A DNA stretch of 64,000 nt from positions 186,001 to 250,000 of the forward strand of contig NIVC01000540.1 in NCBI GenBank assembly GCA_002269645.1, written 5' to 3'. The first letter of the stretch is position 1. Every line of letters starts with the position of its first letter. Source of the stretch: Macrostomum lignano (Eukaryota). Below the pieces are notes generated by a model. It was not told the origin of the DNA and did not search any database. It saw nothing but the letters and a program-made list of their open reading frames with translations. Below, piece after piece: positions 53,110 through 64,000 of this stretch. The translations under genes and the position numbers were made by a program.

Positions 53110-53520
53110 CAGCCCTCACTGAGGGACTGTATGGGGGTACGGCAGCCACTGAGGGACTGTATGGGGGTACGGCAGCCACTGAGAGACTGTATGGGGGTAC
53201 GGCAGCCACTGAGGGACTGTATGGGGGTACGGCAGCCACTGAGGGACTGTATGGGGGTACGGCAGCCACTGAGGGACTGTATGGGGGTACGGCAGCCACT
53301 GAGAGACTGTATGGGGGTACGGCAGCCACTGAGGGACTGTATGGGGGTACGGCAGCCACTGAGGGACTGTATGGGGGTACGGCAGCCACTGAGAGACTGT
53401 ATGGGGTACAGCAGCCCTCACTGAGGGACTGTATGGGGGTACGGCAGCCACTGAGGGACTGTGGGGGTACGGCAGCCACTGAGGGACTGTGGGGGTACGG
53501 CAGCCACTGAGGGACTGTAT
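53110..53520. repeat. 30-bp minisatellite (GGCAGCCACTGAGGGACTGTATGGGGGTAC)
   Basis: Direct reading. Confidence 0.95.
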
Positions 53521-53614
53521 GAGAGGTACAGCAGAGCAGCCCACTGAAAAACTGAAACTATAGTGAGCTATTAAACTTCAAGACCATTATCAATATGCAT
53601 AGAGGAAATCATAC

Positions 53615-53906
53615 CTGTGGCATTAAAGTAGAACGTGTATGGATGCTGCACGTCAGCTACTTGATAGTAGAAAAATATTCTCAGCTTGCGAGTCTGATTA
53701 GCCAAATTATTAGTTGGACAAACAATTGCCGGGAAAAAATCTGGAAACTGTTGATTAATATTCTGTAGTTGATAATCAATCGTGGATAATTTGACGATTT
53801 CCTTGCTTGTTGGGCAGGTTGGCAAACTGCAGAGTACACAGGCTGGTAGTAGGCCTACAGTTGTTGCTAGCACCAGCAACAGAGGTGCTAGTGAGCTGCA
53901 TATCAT
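53615..53906 (-). CDS. probable first coding exon (signal peptide) of the ZP-module protein
   Basis: MICSSLAPLLLVLATTVGLLPACVLC...YTFYFNAT + G|GTATGA (phase 1, compatible with the 48592 acceptor); linkage across the 5-kb intron is inferred. Confidence 0.6.
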
Positions 53907-55253
53907 TGCATTACCTGCAACAGGTACATAGGGAGACATGATTGGAGATAGACACAGAGAAATTTTATTTAACTGCAATTAATTTAGTCATTACATTCAT
54001 CTCTAAGCTTATATCCAACTAGAGATAATATTAAATATGTATATAAGATGATCTCTTAGATAATATAGTTATACACATTTTTAATAGTTATAGTACTAAC
54101 AGAAATCATAAAAAGCCAACAATAATTATACTGTATAATGCATATTGTTTTTCTCTCCATTTAATCAAATTCTGTTACTGATTTAAAAACCTTTGATATT
54201 TAAAAGTATTTATTAGAAGGCATATTTTAATTTTTTTAAATATTTTCTCATTTTTGCTACTTGAAAAATCAAGGGACTACTTTACACATATTTGTACATT
54301 CAATTAGTATTCAAATCATTTCAATAACAGTTGATTTTAGTGTCAAAAGGATTTTTAAGCTAATAACTAATATAAATTTAGGGACATTTAAAATTTTAAG
54401 AAACTCATAATCTATATAAATAGATTCATTATAGCATAGAATATTTCCATAATTTTTTGTTATTCTAAGCAATAAATCTTCTAAGCTTGGCATTTTGGCA
54501 TATTACATTTTTTATTGTTACTTTGTTATTTTAATTTTTAGGTAAGTTATTAACTAACATTCCATTTTTAGTATATAGAAAAAGTTTTGCATTAGTGAGG
54601 AAAAGTTTCAAATCTTTCCAAAGAATAGTGAGGAAAAGTAGCAAAGAACTTTTGCAAGCTAGAACACCCCATATATTGCTTCTATGCCTAAAGTGCCCAT
54701 TGTGCCTCTAATGTACACTTTATGCCTTTTATGTACCTCCATTGCAGCACAACATTTGTTTACCTTTCACTCCACCAATACCCCCATTACCTACTTTGTT
54801 CACCTTTTGTGCCTCCAATGCACACTGTGCACCTTTAATGCATCCAACTCTCCTATGATACCTGTGTCCCTACTGCCTATTCCATGCCTTAAATTCACCT
54901 TTTGACCCTACAGAGGCACTCAAATGAACATGTGGTGCACAAGTGGAACAAAATAGGCATAAGAGAGGCCTACTTTAAAAAAAGCAAAATCCAATTGGTT
55001 AGTCATTTTATTTTAAATTCTATTTAGCTATTTAATTTATACATATCTAGCAACTCTAATAAAAAGACTAGATTTAGTCTTAAATTACTAATAGGTTTAG
55101 CTTTATCAACTATAAATATATACAAGTTTAAATATAAAAAATTAAGAATTATCACATTACCACAGAATAATGTCCTTTTGGCTAGAAAATTTGGGTGCAT
55201 AAAAGCCATTTTTAGGTCAATATCTCAGTGCATACAGCATAGATAGTGCAATA

Positions 55254-55517
55254 GGGTCCAATTATGTTTTTGAACTTTAAGCACTTATAACTTTTGAATC
55301 ATAATAGATAGAACAAAGCTACAATAAGCAATATGTGTCAAACTTCTAATTCTATATTTTTCCCATTTGATGATAAAAAATGATCATTAGCATAGTTTAT
55401 GCTCTGCTGTGGTTAGTTGGTTTGAAATTTATAAGCAGATTATATTTTGCAGCTTTGTTCTATCTATTATAGTTCAAAAGTTACAAGTGCTTAAAGTTCA
55501 AAAACATGATAGGACCC
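55254..55517. mobile_element. 264-bp MITE with ~80-bp imperfect TIRs
   Basis: GGGTCC(A)ATTATGTTTTTGAACTTTAAGCACTT... vs ...AAGTGCTTAAAGTTCAAAAACATGATAGGACCC; TA on both flanks. Confidence 0.75.
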
Positions 55518-55560
55518 TATTATGAAATGCCCAATATACAGCAAACTTAATATATGCATA

Positions 55561-55720
55561 TCTATACATATAAAAATCAAAACTCTGTTTGTCTGTCTGT
55601 CTGTGTGTGGACAATTTTGATTGCTATGGACTCGCAAACCACTCAACCAAATGACACTTTGCACCCACCCTAAACTTACTACGGAGAATGTCTTAGGCTA
55701 ACTTTTAATTTCCTAGACTC
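55561..55720 (+). mobile_element. 5' end of a non-autonomous Helitron-like element
   Basis: A|TCTATACATATAAAAATC...(GTCT)n...CTATGGACTCGCAAACCACTCAACC resembles invertebrate Helitron 5' ends; no convincing 3' hairpin/CTRR assigned. Confidence 0.5.
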
Positions 55721-58700
55721 AAGTCTTCCTACCTAAAAGTACAAAAAACTGCTCAAAATGCGCGATTTTTTCACTTAATCCTCCATAGCGCCGCTCCACT
55801 TCTACCAATTCTCTTCAAATTTGACACACACAATCTTCAACTATTTTGACACAATCGTGTAAAATTTCAAATCTAAAAGTTAATCCTAAAAGCCGCTGTG
55901 CACTTTTAAAGTTAGGCTGTTTTTTTCAGTGAGGCAGCCAACCCAACCTCCGCCCGCCTGCCTCTCTTTCCCGATCTGGACAAAGGGTGCCTCAAAGTTT
56001 TTTAAACAAAGTTTTTAAATTACTAACTTTGGGCTGCCATAAGTTTGCTTCACGTAAAGCGATTGACTTGAAACTTGACACAATTCTTCATTGACTTATT
56101 CTCTGTCCAAATATAAAGTCTCAACTCTGAGATTGTGTCATAAAGATTCAACCACTGTCCTCACTTCTGTATAAGACAAGTCTGCAGGAGTTAAACAAGG
56201 ATGGCAAATCAAGGCAATGTGGGATGGTTTGTAAAAATAGCGAAAAATTAATGAATAACTGATTTCAATGCAATCCTACTAAATTGCTTACACCATGAAA
56301 ATTTTAACATTAAGATACGAATAAGGTACTTGAAAATTTAAATAACCTCCTAAGAAATGTGTATTTCCTTGGTTGTTAGACTGCTGCAGACTTTGGTGGT
56401 GGAGCTAGAGAATGAAGATACACAAATTCCTCTCAGGACTACTAATTGGCCAGAAAGAGCACGAGAAATTATAACAAACATGATAGTACTACATCCACAA
56501 ACTGGCTTTCGAAGCAAGGATTGGCAGATTTTTATCTCAAAGGCCAGATAAAGAATCAAGCTTATGGCTGCGGGCCAGATGAGAGTGAAAAGGAAAAAGA
56601 ATAAACTATTAGAAATGGAGGAGGGGCGAGAGGGGAGAAGAGAATAGATAGAAGATATCAGGAGAGACAAGGGGGTTGAGGGCAGAGCAGAGAATATGGG
56701 AGTCGGGAGGAAGAAGCGAGAAGAGGGAAGAGAGAAGGGAGATGGAATAGTAGAGGTGAGAAGATGGAGAGAGAAGAGGGGAGAGATGAGACAGAGGATC
56801 AATGAGAGAGAGGAAAGTAGAGAAGAGTGAGAAGAGATGAGAGATGAGAGAACAGAGAGGCAGATGAGAGAGGATCGAGAGGAGAGATTAGAAAGGATAG
56901 AGAAGAGAGGAGATAAGAGAGGGATATAGCATGCACTCGAAAGGACTTCGATCAGTTTAACTAATCACTGAATTAAGAAGTCTAAATAAGTCTTGAAAAG
57001 TTGAATTAAAAATCAAGTTTTCACTATGTATCTTTTCAAAGTCAAGATGATTCGACAAATAAAGAATGTTCATTTTTACGGTGAATAGAATTGTTCATTT
57101 TTACATTAAATATAATAAAATCTAACTAATAATAGAAAAAGTCAGGGAACTATCCTTGAACACCAAAAAGCACATTGTGGATTTAATATCAACTGCATGT
57201 TCCTTAATAAAGGAATTCGGATTCTAGTATATATTTGATTATTTGTAGCATAATTTCTGAAAACTATAACTTGCTTGATTTTACTTTAAGTACTTATTAC
57301 ATTAATACTTATACCAAAGCTGCATGTACTTAAAATAAAAAATTATAGTTACTTATTAGACATTTTACTCCAATTAACTTAAAATAATTCAAATTTATTT
57401 TAATCAATTCATTTTTTGAAACTTTTTGGAAAATAGACAAAATTGAATTATTTAATTACCAAAAACCTACTAGCTTAACTAAAATAGCAGTTAGTCTTTA
57501 AAAAAAGATTTCACTTGTTAATTGAGAAAAATGAGGGTGTGCGAGGTGTAAAAATGCGAAAGAGCATGCAGGAAACAGAGACAAACAAAAATGTAGGTAA
57601 AAGACACTGCACATGCACATAATATGATAACCAGACATAATGCGCACACTGAAACACCAGTAGCAATGACGCCCAAGCTTTTGATGATCACAAGCGAAAA
57701 GGCAAAACCCAGCCATCAATCAAAGAAGTAGACTATAGCACGCATCTTGAGTGCATCACGCATTTTTTGCAGAGAAGCTCGAAAATTAACATTGTATTCT
57801 GTGCACAACCACCAACTGCGACAGGGTCTGCCGGGGGATTTGTGGGCACGCGGTCGCGGATACAAATCGGAGGAGTCGCTGACCATTCTGAAATTACTAG
57901 CTAGTACATGTAATTTTGTGTATTAATATATTTAGCCCGCTTTATTTCTATGCTCTCGTCTGCCTCTCGTTAATGCATCCCCAGACTCATGGAATAATCA
58001 AACTTATGATCGAACTATGCATGGCTTCCGTCCCTCGCTTTGAATCTCTCACCTCCCCATAGTTCCATCAACCTTACCGTAGTGGCTTCCTATGCAAAAA
58101 TCATCCCTCCGCATCTTACACAGGCTACTTCAGGCTGTAGACTGTACTACACTATTAATTAGTTGCGCTAAGGAATCTACATGTATTTTGCTCGCAGCGC
58201 AACGCGCTGCTCAAAGAAGTTTAGATCTATCTAGATATTCTAGTAATTTCAGGTTTGTCCATAGACTAGAGCTCATGAGATGAGAATTCCATTAACTAGT
58301 ACATTTAATATGAATGAACTGCGTGTGTGTGTGCTGTGCATACATATGTATAATATACGAGTAGTTTATGGGCCAAATTATTGTGTGGCACAATTCTTGG
58401 CATCACTCAGCAGGCACAAGATGCAGTTAAGCAGCGCACGAAAATTCTACAAAAGAAATTGAGCCTGGTTGAGGTGATGCGAGGAGGCAGATCCACACAA
58501 TCTCAGTGAATACACCAGACTGCACCAGATACGAGTCCAGTCGAATGTGCGCACTGGTCTAAGCAGCACACGCATGTCCTTCTGACAATGACGGCACCTA
58601 GCTTCGTCCAAGCCTTTGCCAGCGTCACTGACAGCGTCAATACTACCATGCAGTGCCACCTGCAGCACCGACAACGGCAATTCCTCCAGTTAGCCCACAA

Positions 58701-61127
58701 CAGTGGCTAAACTGAGGGACATGGAACCTACCCGCAGAAGACACACACATACACACACAGCACCGGCAGCAGCACTCTGACAGCATAACCTAAAGCTCCA
58801 TGAGCTCAGTTTTCAAGCATTGAAGAAGCAGAAGCAGTCATCTTGAATCCAGGGATCAGGAAGAGTGTTGCATGTCCGACATGTGCTGTTTCCGTCGCAA
58901 AAGGTGATGGAGCAAATTAATCAACACTTACTATCTAGCTCGTATTAAGACTAAAAAACTGAGGCAAGCTGGGATTAAACCAAAGAAAATTTTTTACTAT
59001 ACTTTTTTACCATGTACTTTTACTATACTTCTATAGTATAGTAGAGAGGTACTCTATTTAAATGCAGTAAGAAGTGAAACAAATTTATATATTTAATTAT
59101 TAAAATTAAATTAATTCAAGGTAAATAACTAATTTAACCAATTTATTAGAAGTATTTAATATTTTAATAAATTGATTTTTATACCTTACACGAAATAAGC
59201 TCTACATTCATTTCTTAGCTTGGGGCCCATCTGTATAAGGTCAGTTTCTTCAAAATGCTGATTAATTAATTAAGGCCTGTTGTCTTTACTTAAATTTATA
59301 AGGGCATCTTAGAAGTTAATATTACTATATAATACATGTATAATATTATTACTATATTATAATAATATAGTTGCAATTTTAATGACTATTGAATAAGTCT
59401 AAATGCTTCCCCTATTGACTCTAAATATATGGTATCTTTACCTTCAGAAAAAATTAGCATAGAATGACTTGATGAAAACAAAAAAAATCATTTCGAGATA
59501 CACATTTGCTGATCATTCAGGTCAAATTTCAAGGTCCAGTTTTGCACATGTTTCTCTGTAGCTTGGTTACAAGGATTTTAATAAAAATATAATAAATATG
59601 TCCAATGTACTAACTGATACATAGCCAAATTGAAGTATTTTCAAAAACAAAAAAATCATTTGCTCAGTTTACTTTACTGGATATCTGTGTAAAATTTCAG
59701 CTCAAAAGGTGCTCCATGGAGAATGCTAGTGTGGTTACAGGATATTTATTTTGTGCTTCAAAGTAGGAGTTTATTGCGATGCATGGTTGCTTTTAATTAT
59801 TTTTATCAACAATAGTGCTCTATTTCATAACAATTTTTTACAAAAAGATAAAAAGACATGTTTTTCTAATTATCTGCATCAAAATGTATCATTTTAAGCG
59901 CACATTCTAGACGTCAGCTGAAAAAATACATTTTGTGAGACGCAAAGAGGCTATCCCACCGGAAATGCTAGGCGTACAGTTAAGCGTCTATAAAATCATT
60001 TATAGTGCAGTTTATTGAGCTTTAAAAAAATCTTAAATTAAATTTATATAAGCTTTAATTTTAAATGTAATATAGCAAGGTTTCAACACAACAACAACTT
60101 TTTTTTAGCTACAGACATCTTGTAGTACCAAAAATTAACATCGGTGAAATGATTGAATTTGAATTTTTTCATCGCTAATTATCGCTTAATACCGCCAGAT
60201 GATTAAAAAACACTTTTGCATGATAAAGTTTAACCCAAAAATTATCTTTATTCACAGATAAAAGTGTCCTATTATTTTCAATATGGCAGTAACAATAGTA
60301 AATGTTCGGAAAATTGTTAAAATTTTTGCTCCTCCAGAATTTGCGAACGACCCGTGCATGACGCGTGTAAACGAAAATTAGAAAGTAAAGTTGTTTCAAA
60401 TTTGAGTATGTATAACAAAATAGTATTATTTTAGTATTATTTTCTCAGGATACAATTTACTTCTATTTTTATATACATTAAATTTGAACAAATAAGTTTG
60501 ATTATGTTTTCCAAAAGATATCCTTTACAGACTACAAATGATATTTTAAAAGTACGAAAACATGTCTTTTCGAACGTCAGCCCAAAGCTGGCAACTAGCA
60601 TCAGTACTAGCACTGTAACTAATAAGTCTTTTCATAGGCCCTATTACTGATTCCAGAACCAGAAACGGTTCGTATCTTCCAAGAAAAAAAGCAGTAGGCC
60701 TATAGCTATTTAACTTTGTTGAATGTTTCACTGCTTAACACTAACAGCCTCACTTAGCTCAATTTCTCACAGGGTCACAGTCTTCTTGATGTTGGCGTTG
60801 ACTATTGCCATTCAATTATTAATTTCAACTTTACTTTATGCATACAGCACATAAATCTATCCATTTTATGTGACAGAAAGTAATACTTTACTGTTGGATC
60901 TGGTTCTAGGACCAGAACAAGCAATATATGAAAAAGCCCTTAGTGTAGGCTTTAATAGGTTAATTTTTTTGCAGTTGTTATTTGTCTGGTGACTAGATGA
61001 ATAGCCTTTTTTCTATTCGTCTGGTTAAATTGCCAATACAAGTGTCTATTTGTCTAGTGATATAGATTTTAAAGATCTTTTTTCATATCCTGATTTGATT
61101 AATATTTTGTTATATGTAGTGTAGGCC

Positions 61128-61669
61128 CCACAGTTCGGATCGTGTAGTAGTGCACGCCGACACAAGAATCCCATCTCAGCTAAATGTATGCCAGTATACG
61201 CCAAAAACAAAAAAAATCCCTAAAATGTACGCCAAAAATTCCTCCTAAAAAAGGTCATTCGGTTTTCAGGAGTAGAGTTTTCTAAAAAAGGTTGTTTGTA
61301 CAAAAATTCTTTCAAATATTACAAATATTTTCATTTTAAACAAACTTAAATTAAACCTATAGAAAAAAATGCAAAATTTAAATTCTTAGCAATAATTTAC
61401 ACAAATTTTATTCGTTATTAATTGTAAAAAAGCAAAAAGTTTAAAACTGACTTTCTAGACTATATAAATTTTCCTTCATTTTACGTAAAAACTAAAAAGG
61501 GTTAATTTACATTACAATTTTTATACACGCATCCATTTATTCACCAAAATTGGTATGCCAAAAATTTCTTGAGCTCAAAGTAGTACACCAAAGTGGTACG
61601 CCAAAATAGCCAAACTTCTCAATGGTACGCCGGAAAATTCCGGCTTATATGTAACCTTCCTGAGTGTGG
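61128..61669. mobile_element. 542-bp MITE, CC...GG termini, 8-bp TSD TGTAGGCC
   Basis: TSD at 61120-61127 and 61670-61677; left end CCACAGTTCGGATC related to the 61864 element. Confidence 0.65.
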
Positions 61670-61748
61670 TGTAGGCCCTAACTTCTAAGCAAAGCAGATA
61701 TGTATATGTGATTTGGCATAATTTGGTGTAATGACATACACTAGTATA

Positions 61749-63003
61749 AATCCACGTCAAAATGGCCACACGCAAAATGGCCTCATAACAAAATGGCCAT
61801 ATGTCAAAATGGCTACATAGGCCTATAACAAATTTGGATGGCCATACCATCAAAACAGCCATTCCATAGTGCGGATCATGCTGGACTTACGCTGGAGGAA
61901 AAATCCAACATTTTTTGGCACTTATGCCAGACTTACGCCAACCAAAAAAAGGTCCCTCTGACTTATGCCACCCAAAAAAGGTCCCTCACAATTCTTGTGA
62001 ATAGAATAAAATAGAATAGAATAGATGATTTACAATTAATTGGTGATTAATTAAATTCAGAAGTTGCAACTGTTTAAAAATCTCATAAGTTGCAAATTCT
62101 GAATCAAGAATCAAAGCAAACATCTTGAAGCTAAAAAAAACCCTTTCTATCCTACAATAGATATTCTGCTATCTCATTTATACGAACTGCAATATTTTAA
62201 TGAACTTTGTTTTAATGCTGCTCTTTAACATCATAATTAATGCAAAGGTGTAATGTTCTATAGTGATACATTTGATCGTGAATGATCTCATTTGTGCCAA
62301 CATTTATGCCACTTGATTTATACCATGTACTTATGCCAAGCACTTACGCCAAGGCACATTTTGGCCTATACTTACACCAAGCACTTACGCCAGCCTCCGA
62401 TCCCAAACTAGATTTACGCCGGAGATCTCCAACATAAACGGCATGATCCGGACTATGGCAGCCATTTAGGATGTGATCTTCACCCTGCCTCACCCTGCTC
62501 TTTTGTCACCTGTCCACTCACAAAAGTCCCAAGCAGTGGCAGCTGCTCAAGCAGGAGGTTGCAAACATTTAAAATTAGGACATCAACCTAATTTTACTGA
62601 TTTTACTTATTTTAATTTTACTTTATAATGCACATTTGTTTAAATACATGTATATTTGTTCATATACTTATTCAAAATTGTCCTATGTGTTTTTTTATCA
62701 AGTTAAATTTTGAATCCAATCTGCAATTTCTTACAAAGTCTATAAACATTGGACTGTAAGCAAGTACCTAATAACTCAAATAACTTGACACATTAATGTA
62801 AAGACTTAATTAAATAACTTTAGAAACATATTTGCACATTGTATGACAAAATAAACTAACATTAAACTAACTCAACTAACTCAACTCATCTAAACTAAAC
62901 TAATGCATATGCAACTTATAAAAATTTGTTATATATGGTCATTTTAATGTGTGGCCATTCCGTTGTGAGTCCGTTTTGTGTGTGGCCATTTTGACATGCA
63001 CCC
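61749..63003. mobile_element. TIR element (GGGTGC-type terminus, 8-bp TSD CTAGTATA) hosting a nested MITE
   Basis: GTCAAAATGGCCACAC / GTGTGGCCATTTTGAC inverted ends; CTAGTATA at 61741-61748 and 63004-63011. Confidence 0.7.
61864..62458. mobile_element. 595-bp MITE, 8-bp TSD CAGCCATT
   Basis: TIR CCATAGTGCGGATCATGC / GCATGATCCGGACTATGG; TSD at 61856-61863 and 62459-62466. Confidence 0.85.
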
Positions 63004-63360
63004 CTAGTATAACAACAATAAAGATACAAGTGAGAAGTCTTTGAAGTCTAGGAATATTCACTCTTGTAGTTTCTGTAAAATAGATATTTTGGCATTATTA
63101 ATTTTACTAGATAAAAAACAAAATGCCTATTTGTCTAGTATTAACCAGAAAAATAGGGAAACATGAGTATTACCTAGTAACTAGACAAATAACCATATTG
63201 CTATTCATCTGGTCATTGGACAAATAACAATTGCCTAATTTTTTTATAACTTATCAATTGTGATTTTATTGTAAATAATTGTCTTAGGATTATTTCTCAT
63301 TTAAATAAATTGATTGGTATTCTTTATTTTTAAAAAGCAAAGCAATATTGATAAAGCATT

Positions 63361-64000
63361 TTAGGCCTATCTAAGTTAGGCCTAATAGGTAGGCAAGCCG
63401 CAAGTGTAGCTTGTTAAAGTAATGACAATGTCAATGAAATAAAAAAGATTAATGAACATTGAACAACAAAATATTTCTCACTAGATAAAACACTAGGCTT
63501 AAAATCTTAAATGAATTTGGTTTGTTTAAAGTTTAGTAGATCAAACATTTTTTATTTAAAATTTTAAAATTTTATTTAAAATTAATAATTTATTTTACAT
63601 TTTAATAATAATAATATAATAATAATACAATAATATACTAATATACTAATAGACAATAATATTATATATTATATATATAATATATAATATACAAGCTGTT
63701 GAAACCCGCGGATTTTGAACCCGGAGAACTCCATTCCCCGGAATTTTTTTTGCATGTATTCTAAAATCTGAGGTTCTTAAAAAATCTGAGATTTTAAAAT
63801 TTTAAATAAAAAATGTTTGATCTACTAAACTTTAAACAAACCAAATTCATTTAAGATTTTAAGCCTAGTGTTTTATCTAGTGAGAAATATTTTGTTGTTC
63901 AATGTTCATTAATCTTTTTTATTTCATTGACATTGTCATTACTTTAACAAGCTACACTTGCGGCTTGCCTACCTATTAGGCCTAACTTAGATAGGCCTAA
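63361..64000. repeat. long inverted repeat (arms at least 210 bp, 220-bp spacer) running to the window edge
   Basis: 63361-63570 reads as the reverse complement of 63791-64000. Confidence 0.9.

Noticed and set aside
58447-58720. GC-richer island with short ORFs in the AT-rich zone
   Set aside because: No recognisable protein or splice structure; possibly a decayed retroelement fragment but unsupported

Overview
Eukaryotic (animal) genomic DNA with GC-rich exons, introns filled by micro- and minisatellites, TTAGGG repeats and a CORE-SINE. The style suggests a repeat-rich flatworm such as Macrostomum, but that is inference. I reconstructed four co-oriented minus-strand spliced genes by hand, and splice phases are consistent in all four. 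(1) A ZP-module type I membrane protein (53906->45157, 4 exons). (2) A highly divergent Cys-loop ligand-gated ion channel subunit (41169->30786, 8 exons, 495 aa, one GC-AG intron). (3) A single-Ig-domain type I receptor with cytoplasmic Tyr motifs (27494->10873, 4 exons, 463 aa). (4) A divergent alpha-tubulin lacking K40 (7349->4622, exons 1-4 only; the 3' exons are not in the window). The most unusual element is an apparently perfectly homogeneous array of about 15 x 272 bp (472-4523). Each unit carries a 37-nt strand-specific hairpin built from two tandem G.A motifs and a GCGAAGC mini-hairpin. The array sits at the breakpoint of a partial tubulin duplication. Other notable items are a 35-bp minisatellite made of an exon end plus its splice donor, a foldback transposon with a TTAGGG core and 8-bp TSD, nested MITEs and two ~210-bp-arm inverted repeats. 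Most ORFs in the supplied track are repeat artefacts.
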